Positions 24,664-32,705 are shown, counted from the first letter of the stretch. The stretch: DNA of 34,519 nucleotides from Alphaproteobacteria bacterium (GCA_027489415.1 JAIXZU010000057.1:1-34519), one strand, 5' to 3'. Made by a program: numbers and translations. Notes: generated by a model not told the origin, from the sequence alone.

Positions 24664-25851
24664 ATGAATATACTCCTCGCCGCCTTCACATTCCTGCTTG
24701 GCCTCATTAGCGGCGGGGCAATCTGTTACGTCCTGCTCCGGCGCCAAAAATCTGTCCTACCAAACCATATTCAGGACACCTTCAACGCCTTAGCCGCGCA
24801 GGCCCTGCAAGCTAATAACCGCCAGTTTCTGGAACTCGCCAACGAAAAACTCGCCCAGGCCCGGCAAGCCTCGGACGCCGATCTCACCGGCAAGAAAAAC
24901 CTCATCGAGCAACGCCTCTCCACCATCCAGACCGAAGTCACCAGCAAACTCGAAAAAGTCACGACACTGGTCACGGATATCGAGAAAACACGCCACGCAT
25001 CTTTCACCTCGCTCCAGCAACAAATTGGTGCAACAGGCGAACAACTCAAATCCCTGCAAACAACGACAGCAGACCTCAAATCAGCCCTCACGAATTCCCG
25101 TACCCGTGGCCAGTGGGGGGAACGCATGGCAGAAGATGTTCTCCGCCTTGCCGGTCTTCAACCCGGTGTGAATTACCGCCGCCAAAGCTCAATTACCAGC
25201 TCGGACGGAGCCCGCGGCCGCCCCGACTACACCTTCCTACTCCCCGGCTCCCGCGTGATTCACATGGACGTCAAGTTCCCCCTCGATAACTACCTGACCT
25301 ACCTGAATGCGGAAACGGAGGCCCAACGCACAACAGCAGCCCGGCAATTCGTCAACGACGCCCGCGCTCGCCTTCGCGAAACCACAGCCCGGGAATACCG
25401 CTCCTCACCCACCGAACACGGCGAACAAGCATTAGATTATCTCCTGATTTTTATCCCCAACGAGCAGGTTTATGCCTTCCTGCTCGAAAACGCCCCAGGG
25501 CTTCTGGACGAAGCTCTCACCCAGAAAACGATTCTCACCTCTCCCACCACTCTCCTCGCCGTCCTCGCCGTGATCAATCAGGCCGCCCAGCATTTCCGGC
25601 TCCAGCAGCAAACGGCAGGCATCATGGAAATCCTCACCGGCATTCGTAAGGAATGGGAAAAATTCAGTACGGAAATGGATAAAATCGGCAAGAAACTCCG
25701 CGAGGCACAGTCCACCTTTGACGACGTCACCGGCACCCGTACCCGCGTTCTGGACCGTCAATTCACGAAACTAGACTCTCTTCCCCCGGAATCCTCGGAA
25801 ACCTCATCCAGCCTCCTAAGCAGCACACATCCTCTCCCCCCGGTGCAGTAA
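24664..25851 (+). CDS. rmuC: DNA recombination protein RmuC
   Basis: N-terminal TM, coiled coil and RmuC nuclease-like core (RGQWGERMAEDVLRLAGL, PDYTFLLPGSRVIHMDVKFPLDNY, DYLLIFIPNEQVYAF). The start is placed after the upstream terminator. Confidence 0.9.
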   Translation: MNILLAAFTFLLGLISGGAICYVLLRRQKSVLPNHIQDTFNALAAQALQANNRQFLELANEKLAQARQASDADLTGKKNLIEQRLSTIQTEVTSKLEKVTTLVTDIEKTRHASFTSLQQQIGATGEQLKSLQTTTADLKSALTNSRTRGQWGERMAEDVLRLAGLQPGVNYRRQSSITSSDGARGRPDYTFLLPGSRVIHMDVKFPLDNYLTYLNAETEAQRTTAARQFVNDARARLRETTAREYRSSPTEHGEQALDYLLIFIPNEQVYAFLLENAPGLLDEALTQKTILTSPTTLLAVLAVINQAAQHFRLQQQTAGIMEILTGIRKEWEKFSTEMDKIGKKLREAQSTFDDVTGTRTRVLDRQFTKLDSLPPESSETSSSLLSSTHPLPPVQ

Positions 25852-25853
25852 GC

Positions 25854-26399
25854 TTAAACTGGCACGCCAACAGGCTTAATCTGCCCATCCTTGGCCATAA
25901 TCTTCATGCCGCCCACCCGCTTCTGCGCCAAAATCACTCGTATCGGGCCACCCCAGGGGGCGCAGCGCGCCCATCGTGCACAGAACCCGACAGTAAAACT
26001 ATCAGCTACCAGCCAGTTAGCGGCGCGCAACCAACGTTTCCAGTAAAACTGGGGGAAGCCCCGCCACCACGCCGTGCGGCGCATGCCAAACGGGCTTGGC
26101 CGTGCCGCAACCACCACCAGTAAACCATCGGGCCTCAACTTGCGCCACATCTGCGTCAGCAGTAGCGGGTAATCCGCTTTCACTGTCCCATCTGCCAGCA
26201 CCACAATTCGCGCGAAACCAGTTTCATCTCCTAACGCTTCACCCCAGGTCTTATGAACGACCAAAACACCCTCACCAAATACCACGGGTAATCCGTCACC
26301 TACCACCAGCACACTGCCAGTGGCACTGCCACTCAGCGGCGGCACAATGCCGTCCACCGCCAGGATATCCTGCCAAACTTTGCGTTGCCAATCTGCCAT
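25854..26399 (-). CDS. class I SAM-dependent methyltransferase-like protein
   Basis: VLVVGDGLP (motif I-like) and LLTQMWRKLRPDGLLVVV (post-III-like). It is divergent from a GloB-like gene. The ORF track extends to 26456; I prefer ATG 26399 (MADWQRKVW). Confidence 0.55.
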   Translation of the reverse strand: MADWQRKVWQDILAVDGIVPPLSGSATGSVLVVGDGLPVVFGEGVLVVHKTWGEALGDETGFARIVVLADGTVKADYPLLLTQMWRKLRPDGLLVVVAARPSPFGMRRTAWWRGFPQFYWKRWLRAANWLVADSFTVGFCARWARCAPWGGPIRVILAQKRVGGMKIMAKDGQIKPVGVPV

Positions 26400-26488
26400 G
26401 GCACCCAGTTTAACATATCTTTCAGCTTGTGCACTGCACTGTCTTGGGGTTGCCATATCATGGGGTTAAGCCTAGCGTCATCGGCACT

Positions 26489-27022
26489 ATGATGCACGTC
26501 ACTCTCATCTCCCCCCACGCGGAAACCCCGACCTACCTTCTCACTTGCGCCCACACCTTCCAGCGCACAGTCCTGGACCCCATCCACCCCGCCATGGTGA
26601 CGGACGCGCTCGGCTCCCACAAGCCGGACCTCATCCTCCTCACCACCGCCACCGAGCTCACACTCGCCGCTGCCGAAATTCTCCACCACCGTACCGGCGC
26701 GCCAATCCTGGCCAGCAATACTCTGAACCAGACCGCCCTTCCCGTCGCCCGCTACCTGTCGGATGGCGAAGTCGTCGGCCTCGGCCCCTTGGCTCAAACC
26801 ATTTACATTCCCGAAGGCCCGAACGGCTCCGATATTGTCTGCTTCGCCCTTGGTGCCGAAGGCTTGCTTTTCACCGGTCCGCTCTTTACCGGTAATACCC
26901 TTAAACTCAAGGCTAACAAGAACGCCATCGCCCGCCTCGGCACACTCCCCTCGGACACCACCGTCCACGGCGGCCATGCCCAAGGCCAACCCCTTGGCCC
27001 TTTATTAGAATCTCCAAAATAA
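26489..27022 (+). CDS. degenerate metallo-beta-lactamase-fold protein (GloB-like; nearly all metal ligands substituted, C-terminal domain missing)
   Basis: Collinear with hydroxyacylglutathione hydrolase, but THHHxDH reads TTATEL, PGHTxGH reads PEGPNGS, and GDTLF reads GPLFT. Only LPxxTxVxxxH is partly kept (LPSDTTVHGGH). 177 aa against the ~250 typical. Confidence 0.6.
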   Translation: MMHVTLISPHAETPTYLLTCAHTFQRTVLDPIHPAMVTDALGSHKPDLILLTTATELTLAAAEILHHRTGAPILASNTLNQTALPVARYLSDGEVVGLGPLAQTIYIPEGPNGSDIVCFALGAEGLLFTGPLFTGNTLKLKANKNAIARLGTLPSDTTVHGGHAQGQPLGPLLESPK

Positions 27023-27100
27023 TCTTTACATCTCAAAGGTTTCAGTCTTTACTCAAAGGGTAACACCCCGTTTTACCATGTCACCGAAGAGGATCTCGAC

Positions 27101-27469
27101 ATGAATGAGCCTGATCATCATCTTCCACTATCAGACCAGAAACTCCTCGCCCAGATCATTCAGCACGGTCCTTCAAGCCTGGTGATGGTCTCAACGGCCG
27201 AAATGGTTGCTAAGGTAGCCGAAATCAAAGAGATCAAGGAGCGGACAACCCGGAACACCAAGCTCTTTGAACTCTACAAAACCATGAAGCAGCCGTGCAT
27301 CAACGCCATCGAGGCCGACCCCGAAGGCCGGGTGATCAATCCACTGGAGGGATCTCCCACGCTGATTATCTCAGGCACTGAAGGCTTCTACCGGCGCCTG
27401 CTACAGAATCAGCGCCAACTCGGCATTCTTAGCATCACCCCCAATGAAGCGACTGCCACAACACTCTGA
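27101..27469 (+). CDS. hypothetical protein (122 aa)
   Basis: ORF followed by a hairpin terminator. No recognisable motif. Confidence 0.5.
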   Translation: MNEPDHHLPLSDQKLLAQIIQHGPSSLVMVSTAEMVAKVAEIKEIKERTTRNTKLFELYKTMKQPCINAIEADPEGRVINPLEGSPTLIISGTEGFYRRLLQNQRQLGILSITPNEATATTL

Positions 27470-27475
27470 ATTCCA

Positions 27476-27502
27476 AAGCCCGCCATCAAGGCGGGCTTTA
27501 TC
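27476..27502 (+). terminator. rho-independent terminator (weak T tract)
   Basis: aaagcccgcc-atcaa-ggcgggcttt followed by atca. Confidence 0.65.
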
Positions 27503-27504
27503 AT

Positions 27505-27645
27505 GCGGCGCATAGCGACGTTTCGAGGGGTGGCACTCGCGAGGCTATAAACGATGATCCCAGTGCTTTGGGGAAGCGCCAAATACAAGCAAAAGGGTAT
27601 TTCAGCTTCACCAAAAAGTGCTGGGGCATCGTTTTAGCCCGCGCC
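27505..27645. repeat. nested-palindrome intergenic element, subtype B, copy 2
   Basis: gcggcgcatagcgacgttt...gcactcgcgaggctataaacgatgatcccagtgctttgggg...aaatacaagcaaaagggtatttcag...ccaaaaagtgctgggg...gttttagcccgcgcc. It ends 3 nt before the phaA stop. Confidence 0.85.
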
Positions 27646-27648
27646 TTT

Positions 27649-28836
27649 CTACCGTTCCACACACACAGCAATCCCCTGTCCCCCACCAATGCACAGTGTC
27701 GCAAGGCCGCGTTTTGCATCGCGCTTGCCCATTTCATGCAGCAAGGTCACCAGTACCCGCGCACCACTGGCTCCAATCGGGTGGCCCAGCGCAATCGCAC
27801 CGCCGTTGACGTTGGTTTTAGCCGCATCGAACTTCATGCTGTTGCACACACCCAAAGCCTGCGCCGCAAACGCCTCATTCGCTTCAATCAGGTCAAGGTC
27901 GTCCACCGTCCATCCAGCTTTCTTCAACGCAGCGGTGGCAGCTGGCACTGGCCCCAGCCCCATCACTGCGGGGTCAACACCGGCCACCGCATGGCTCACC
28001 ACGGTCGCCAGTACCGGTAGGCCGCGCTTCTCGGCTTCGGCACGGCTCATCACCACCAGCGCCGCCGCACCATCGTTAATGCCACTGGCGGAACCCGCAG
28101 TTACAGTCCCTTCCTTGTCAAAAGCGGGGCGCAACTTGGCGAGCGCCGCTTCATCGCTCAGGCGCGGGTGTTCATCCTGCGCAAACAGCAGCGGGTCACC
28201 TTTCTTTTGCGGAATCACCACCGGCACAATCTCATCCACAAACTTCCCGGCTTTAATCGCCGCATCGGCACGGCGCTGGCTTTCCGCGGCAAAGGCATCC
28301 TGTGCTTCACGCGTTATGCCGCACTGCTTGGCCACATTCTCCGCCGTAATCCCCATGTGATAGTTATTAAAGGCATCCCACAGCCCATCGACAATCATCG
28401 TGTCCATCAGCTTACCATCACCCATTTTCAGGCCTTCACGCATTTTCACGGCGTGGGCGCTCTGGCTCATGTTCTCTTGCCCACCCACCACGTAAATACC
28501 TGTTCCTTCAGCCTTAATCGCATTTGCAGCCAAAGCTACTGCCTGCAACCCGCTGCCACACACACGGTTAATCGTAATCGCGGTCACTTCATGCGGCAAC
28601 CCGGCAGCAATGCTCGCTTGCCGCGCCGCGTTTTGGCCCACACCGGCGGTCAGCACCTGCCCCATAATCACTTCATTCACATCTTTACCCGCAACCTTGG
28701 CACGCTCCAACGCTTCCTTAATCACAATACTCCCCAGTTGCGCTGCAGAATGATCCTTCAACGTTCCCATAAATCCACCAATTGCCGTGCGTACCGCACT
28801 CACAATCACCACGTCATTTCCAGCTGTCTTGGCCAT
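27649..28836 (-). CDS. phaA: acetyl-CoA C-acetyltransferase (thiolase II)
   Basis: 395 aa with [14 protein letters not shown], the active-site [11 protein letters not shown], and the C-terminal [19 protein letters not shown]. The gene symbol is inferred from phaR/phaC lying 1.5 kb away. Confidence 0.93.
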   Translation of the reverse strand: MAKTAGNDVVIVSAVRTAIGGFMGTLKDHSAAQLGSIVIKEALERAKVAGKDVNEVIMGQVLTAGVGQNAARQASIAAGLPHEVTAITINRVCGSGLQAVALAANAIKAEGTGIYVVGGQENMSQSAHAVKMREGLKMGDGKLMDTMIVDGLWDAFNNYHMGITAENVAKQCGITREAQDAFAAESQRRADAAIKAGKFVDEIVPVVIPQKKGDPLLFAQDEHPRLSDEAALAKLRPAFDKEGTVTAGSASGINDGAAALVVMSRAEAEKRGLPVLATVVSHAVAGVDPAVMGLGPVPAATAALKKAGWTVDDLDLIEANEAFAAQALGVCNSMKFDAAKTNVNGGAIALGHPIGASGARVLVTLLHEMGKRDAKRGLATLCIGGGQGIAVCVER

Positions 28837-28922
28837 AGTTTTATTTCCTTGTTATCAAAATATGCCGGAACACTCCCACAGCCGTCACCCTCACACAACC
28901 CCTCCCTTCGCACCGCACAATA

Positions 28923-28939
28923 AAGGGGCCCGCGGCCCC
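28923..28939 (-). terminator. hairpin terminator after the SemiSWEET-like gene
   Basis: Minus strand: AGGGGCC-GCG-GGCCCCT followed by TTTATTG. Confidence 0.6.
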
Positions 28940-28947
28940 TATCAAAT

Positions 28948-28963
28948 GTCTAACCTCTAACGT
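28948..28963. repeat. heptamer microrepeat (2 units) directly after a stop codon
   Basis: Coding strand reads TAA AC GTTAGAG GTTAGAC. This is the same AC(GTTAGAN)n unit as at 6253 and 6631. Confidence 0.8.
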
Positions 28964-29302
28964 TTAAGCAACCTTCAAGCGCACCACATTCTTCGGCAAG
29001 GCGCCCTTGCCACCGGCCGCATGAATCTTCCGACCCCGGATAATCAAACTCAAACACCCAAACGTCGCACACATGAACATTCCAGAGTTAAACACAAACA
29101 TCGGGTCACCATTGGCAATCACCGCATACAGGAAAAATACAAATGTCTGCGCACTCCACAAACACCATGTAATCAAGGGGGTTGCCGCACATACCTCGGG
29201 CTTGAACCAGAACGCGCGCATCTGCGGGATATAGCCCGCCAAGGCAACAAACCCCATCAGGGCATAAGCAAGCGTTAGCATCTGGTTCATATCAAGGTTC
29301 AT
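28964..29302 (-). CDS. SemiSWEET / PQ-loop family small transporter (3 TM)
   Basis: Preferred start is ATG 29302 (MNLDMNQ...). GFVALAGYIPQMRAFW...WCLWSAQTFVFFLYAVIANGDPMFVFNSGMFMCATFGCLSLII is collinear with bacterial SemiSWEETs (AYAPQ...LWLIYGLLSGD...N). Confidence 0.65.
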   Translation of the reverse strand: MNLDMNQMLTLAYALMGFVALAGYIPQMRAFWFKPEVCAATPLITWCLWSAQTFVFFLYAVIANGDPMFVFNSGMFMCATFGCLSLIIRGRKIHAAGGKGALPKNVVRLKVA

Positions 29303-29442
29303 GAAGAATCTCTCTTTCCGGATCCTTATGCAAAATCCATCCAGAATGACTGACAGTTCCCACATCTGGCGCTGACACCTCTCAAATAGCCCTAAAATGA
29401 TGGGTGAGGCCCAAAAACCACAGTCGGCGGCGCAATCGCATG

Positions 29443-29450
29443 CCCCCCCC
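29443..29450. repeat. C8 homopolymer in the divergent promoter region
   Basis: gcatgcccccccctgtc, 75 nt upstream of the pilin-like start codon. Confidence 0.9.
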
Positions 29451-29524
29451 TGTCAGAAGCGCTGGAGCAGCGTAACATACGATAATTACCAAACCGCTAA
29501 CAACTCGTAAGGAATTTCCTGACA

Positions 29525-30187
29525 ATGAAAAGTAAGTTCACACGTTTGTTCAATCGCATGCTCTCCAACAAAGGCTATACGATTGACCAAACCATTCTGA
29601 TCGTCGCCATCATCGCGATCCTGATCACGCTCGTCATCGTCACTGTGGGCTGGCAGCTCATCAACCGCTCCAGCGGTACCAAGGCTGGTGCACAGGTGAA
29701 ACAGATTGAAGACGCCAACGGCCAGTTCTTCTCCAGCCAGCGCGTGTGGCCCCACCAGGCACTAACATCCACGGCAACCGCTACCCAGAACATGCAGATC
29801 CTCGCTAACAACGGCATCAGCACCTGGGCCGCCAACATTAACCAGAGCGACCTGCGCAACCTGATCCCCGGCTTCAAACTCTCCGGCAGCGCCATTTATC
29901 ACGGCTTTGGTTCCGGTGGTATCATTACCCAGCAGGCTAACCGCTTCCTGGCCAGCATGAACGTCGGTACGGACACCCGCATGGTGGTCCAGTTTGCAGG
30001 GGTTCCCCTCTCGGAAGCTCTCGAAGCTGACCGTGCAATTGACGGCGTCGAAGGCTTCGATGTCGGCCGCGTTATCTACGGCACCTCAGCCTGTCTGAAC
30101 GGTACCGCAGGCGGTAACGTCACTGCTCCGTCAGAAGCAACCGGCGGTACAGTATTCCTCTGCTATGCAGCGAACACTGTCGGCTAA
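29525..30187 (+). CDS. pilin-like secreted or anchored protein with an atypical prepilin-type N-terminus
   Basis: 17-aa basic leader ending in KG, then YTIDQTILIVAIIAILITLVIVTV (hydrophobic helix; Q where type IV pilins carry E5). Two Cys near the C-terminus (SACLNG...FLCYAAN) resemble a pilin disulfide loop. No assembly genes lie nearby. Confidence 0.5.
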   Translation: MKSKFTRLFNRMLSNKGYTIDQTILIVAIIAILITLVIVTVGWQLINRSSGTKAGAQVKQIEDANGQFFSSQRVWPHQALTSTATATQNMQILANNGISTWAANINQSDLRNLIPGFKLSGSAIYHGFGSGGIITQQANRFLASMNVGTDTRMVVQFAGVPLSEALEADRAIDGVEGFDVGRVIYGTSACLNGTAGGNVTAPSEATGGTVFLCYAANTVG

Positions 30188-30202
30188 CCAATCGCCTCAG
30201 AT

Positions 30203-30230
30203 AAAACCGCCCACTCGGGCGGTTTTATTG
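30203..30230 (+). terminator. rho-independent terminator
   Basis: aaaaccgccc-actc-gggcggtttt followed by attg. Confidence 0.8.
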
Positions 30231-30242
30231 TCTTGAGCACCC

Positions 30243-30265
30243 AAAAAAAGGCCCCCTTAGGGCCT
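30243..30265 (-). terminator. rho-independent terminator after phaR
   Basis: Minus strand: AGGCCC-TAAGG-GGGCCT followed by TTTTTTT. Confidence 0.8.
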
Positions 30266-30283
30266 ATTGTGCTATATCAGCAG

Positions 30284-30820
30284 CTACTTAGCCTTCAGTC
30301 GTTCAATTTCCTGCTGCAGTTCACGGATACGCGCATCCTTTTCAGTATCACCAGTGCCCCGTAAAAACGGGTTAAATAGGCCCATCACCTGCTGCATCTG
30401 TTCAATCTGCTTACGCTGGATCTGCTGCATCGCCGCAAACTGCGCAAAAGGCGAAAACCCTCCCAATGCCTTGTTGGTCTCATCCCGAATCCGGTTCTGG
30501 TTCTGCTGGAACACGTCCATCACCATCTCAAGGTAATGGGGTAAAATACTCTGCATGGAGTTATCGTAAAACCCGATGACATGCTTCAGGAAGTTCACCG
30601 GCAGCATCGCTGCACCCTTGCTTTCTTCTTCCAGGATGATCTGCGCCAGTGTCTGGCGGGTCAGGTCTTCACCTGTCTTGGCGTCCACCACTTCCACGTT
30701 CTGGCCACCGCGGATGATTCCCGCAAGGTCGGACTGGGTAATATACGTACTGGTCTCAGTATTATATAAACGCCGGTTGGCGTATTTCTTGATGATGACA
30801 GGTTCAGTTCCGGTAGCCAT
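30284..30820 (-). CDS. phaR: polyhydroxyalkanoate synthesis repressor PhaR
   Basis: IKKYANRRLYNTETSTYITQSDLAGIIRGGQNVEVVDAKTGEDLTRQTLAQIILEEE is the PhaR signature. Preferred start is ATG 30820, with AGGAGGGA upstream. Confidence 0.92.
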   Translation of the reverse strand: MATGTEPVIIKKYANRRLYNTETSTYITQSDLAGIIRGGQNVEVVDAKTGEDLTRQTLAQIILEEESKGAAMLPVNFLKHVIGFYDNSMQSILPHYLEMVMDVFQQNQNRIRDETNKALGGFSPFAQFAAMQQIQRKQIEQMQQVMGLFNPFLRGTGDTEKDARIRELQQEIERLKAK

Positions 30821-30976
30821 AGCATCCCTCCTGCCACAAAGGTGGCGGTTTGTTGTGTTCTTGGGTAGTATCCTGCCATGACTTGGCGCCGCGCTCAACC
30901 CATCAATCCCCATGGCCACAACCCTGGCGTGCAACAAACAGGCACATTCCTGCGTCAGGCCAATCCTTTAGCCGCG

Positions 30977-32092
30977 ATGAGCACCGCCGCTCTCCTTGCT
31001 ACCAACCGCCCGCTCCTCGAACAAACGCTCCAGAATCTCATGCAGCAGGTGGAGCAAATCCCGACCGACATCAACTGGCCGGAGTTCCAAGCCGGCCTCG
31101 CCCGCTACACCGCCAACACCACTCCGCCCTCAAGCCCCGACTATCCCGTTATCAGTACCTCAGGCCGCACCACACTACTTGACGCCGGCGGCGTAGGCCC
31201 CTCCATCGTCCTCATCCCCAGCATGGTGAATAAAGGCTACATCCTCGACCTCTGCCCCGGTCACAGCCTCACCGAACACCTGCGCGCTCAAGGCTTCCAC
31301 GTCCTGCTCATCGACTGGGGCACCCCAACACCGGAAACGGTCCAATCCCTGTCCGACACCATCACCAACGGCCTCGAACCGCTCCTCAAAAACGCCCACA
31401 CTCATTTCGGCCCCCTCTCCCTCTTCGGCTACTGCATGGGCGGGCTCCTCGCCCTCGCCGCCACCGTCCGAATCAACTCAAATACCCAAACACCCAAACA
31501 CCCAGTCACCAAACTCGCCCTCGCCGCGATGCCATGGGACTTCTCCGCCACCACCAGCGCCCAGCACATGCAACTGGCCAAACCGTTCCTAGAGCCCTGG
31601 CTCACACCACCACAAAACCAGACACCAGATACCAGACACCAAACACTCATCCCCCCCGAAGTCATGTCCCACTATTTCTGGAGCCTAGACCCCTGGTCGC
31701 CCATCCGCCGTCTCATGGCCTACGGCCGGGAAGCCGACCCCAACCGCCTCATCCAAATGACCGCCCTTGAGGACTGGCTGAACGACGGCCTCCCCCTCGA
31801 CGGCCCCATCGCGCGGGAAATGCTCATCGACTGGTACACAGACAACACCCCCCTGAAGGGCGAGTGGCAAGTCGGCGGCACCCCCATCCTCCCCCAAAAC
31901 ATCAACTGCCCGCTCTGGGTTTGCATCACGCAAAACGACATCCTCGTCCCCACCGCCTCCAGCCTCCCCTTCCTCGCCCAAACCAAAGGCGCACAGGTAG
32001 TGATGTCCGACACCGGCCACGTCGGCCTCGTCTGCGGCCGCCGCGCCAAGGAACGCCTCTACACCCCCCTAACCGCTTGGCTAAAATCCTAA
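30977..32092 (+). CDS. phaC: PHA synthase-like alpha/beta hydrolase (class III/IV PhaC-like)
   Basis: Lipase-box-like GYCMGG with a catalytic Cys, and a C-terminal SDTGHVGLV His motif. It is divergent from phaR. The ORF track starts at 30878; I prefer ATG 30977, which leaves room for divergent promoters. The start is uncertain. Confidence 0.8.
   Translation: MSTAALLATNRPLLEQTLQNLMQQVEQIPTDINWPEFQAGLARYTANTTPPSSPDYPVISTSGRTTLLDAGGVGPSIVLIPSMVNKGYILDLCPGHSLTEHLRAQGFHVLLIDWGTPTPETVQSLSDTITNGLEPLLKNAHTHFGPLSLFGYCMGGLLALAATVRINSNTQTPKHPVTKLALAAMPWDFSATTSAQHMQLAKPFLEPWLTPPQNQTPDTRHQTLIPPEVMSHYFWSLDPWSPIRRLMAYGREADPNRLIQMTALEDWLNDGLPLDGPIAREMLIDWYTDNTPLKGEWQVGGTPILPQNINCPLWVCITQNDILVPTASSLPFLAQTKGAQVVMSDTGHVGLVCGRRAKERLYTPLTAWLKS
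32061..32092 (+). repeat. direct repeat, left copy (last 10 codons plus stop of phaC)
   Basis: acacccccctaaccgcttggctaaaatcctaa encodes TPLTAWLKS*. Confidence 0.85.
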
Positions 32093-32093
32093 A

Positions 32094-32125
32094 AAAGGGT
32101 GGCACTATAATTAGGACCACCCTTT
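32094..32125. terminator. hairpin between the convergent phaC and 152-aa genes
   Basis: aaagggtgg-cactataattagga-ccacccttt with flanking A and T runs. Confidence 0.6.
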
Positions 32126-32133
32126 CAACGTAT

Positions 32134-32592
32134 TTATGAATAGCGATTTTCAAACCATTCCTTAGCTTCACCCAACTTTAAATCAAAGTGAGCAAGAAAA
32201 CGCGCAAGTAAATCAACCGTACCCCTTGAAACTAAGGGTATTCTTAACGCTTGCGACTCACTCAGGCTTGCAAACTTTCCAAGTGGTACTAATTCACGTT
32301 GGAGTTCCATGGCCCCGTGACTTGTCTCCAGTCCATAGAATCCAACATGATTCCACAAGCGAGTTACAGCACTTTTAGGAATGCCATGGACTTCAGCGAA
32401 TTTAAGAATATCCTGATAAGAAATAAGTTTCTCAAAAATTTCAGGGGTACCCGTTAAACCAAGCTGAACATTCTTGAAGTTTCCTTGAAGTTTTTGTCGT
32501 GCAACCTCCTCACATGCCAATTTCTGTAAAATCCCTATATCCCGAAGGATATTATCCAAGTTGTGAGTATCACCAGTCAAAGTATAGGACAT
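32134..32592 (-). CDS. hypothetical protein (152 aa) with two helix-hairpin-helix-like segments
   Basis: The only ORF in the AT-rich insert. VHGIPKSAVTRLWNHVGF and ALRIPLVSRGTVDLLARFLAHFDLKLG resemble HhH motifs. The second resembles CLRIPNFGRKCMNEVKAYLEAHDLCF in the alpha-CTD protein at 9133..9540. Confidence 0.55.
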   Translation of the reverse strand: MSYTLTGDTHNLDNILRDIGILQKLACEEVARQKLQGNFKNVQLGLTGTPEIFEKLISYQDILKFAEVHGIPKSAVTRLWNHVGFYGLETSHGAMELQRELVPLGKFASLSESQALRIPLVSRGTVDLLARFLAHFDLKLGEAKEWFENRYS

Positions 32593-32672
32593 CTCAGTCT
32601 CCGCAAAAGGGGCCGCACATCATGCAGCTAAGGCTAAACCTTCTTTTTGTATACGTTAATTATCTCAGTTTG

Positions 32673-32705
32673 ACAACCCCCCTCACCCTCTGGCTCAAAT
32701 CCTGA
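32673..32705 (+). repeat. direct repeat, right copy (displaced remnant of the phaC 3' end)
   Basis: acaacccccctcaccctctggctcaaatcctga encodes, in frame, TPLTLWLKS*. It uses GC-richer Leu codons (CTC) than the left copy (CTA). Confidence 0.85.

Larger units (their letters stand above)
32093..32672. mobile_element. AT-rich ~0.6 kb single-gene insert bounded by the phaC 3'-end duplication (putative integrated cassette or island remnant)
   Basis: Composition is visibly AT-richer than both flanks. It is bounded by the ~33 bp imperfect direct repeats at 32061..32092 and 32673..32705. It contains one ORF and one hairpin and no recombinase. Confidence 0.45.

Noticed and set aside
25849-25856. rmuC and the methyltransferase-like gene converge with only 2 nt between stops and no terminator
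   Set aside because: This is compact gene packing, also inferred for the ancestral phaC/membrane-gene junction. It is not informative on its own.
26333-26989. 218-aa minus-strand ORF opposite the GloB-like gene
   Set aside because: It shows Gly/Glu/Asp/Val-rich antisense-type composition. The + frame is collinear with the GloB fold even though the ligands are lost.
29366-29524. Sigma-54 promoter upstream of the pilin-like gene (TGGAGC-N5-AACAT)
   Set aside because: The GG element is present, but the -12 GC element is absent, so it does not match TGGCAC-N5-TTGC.
30833-30846. Inverted repeat GCCAC-AAAG-GTGGC just upstream of the phaR Shine-Dalgarno as a PhaR operator
   Set aside because: It is short (5-bp arms), there is a single occurrence, and I cannot match it to a defined PhaR site from sequence alone.
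32499-32705. 68-aa + strand ORF ending in TPLTLWLKS
   Set aside because: Only its last ~10 codons are meaningful, and they are the displaced phaC terminus. The rest is antisense to the 152-aa gene. I treat it as a scar, not a gene.
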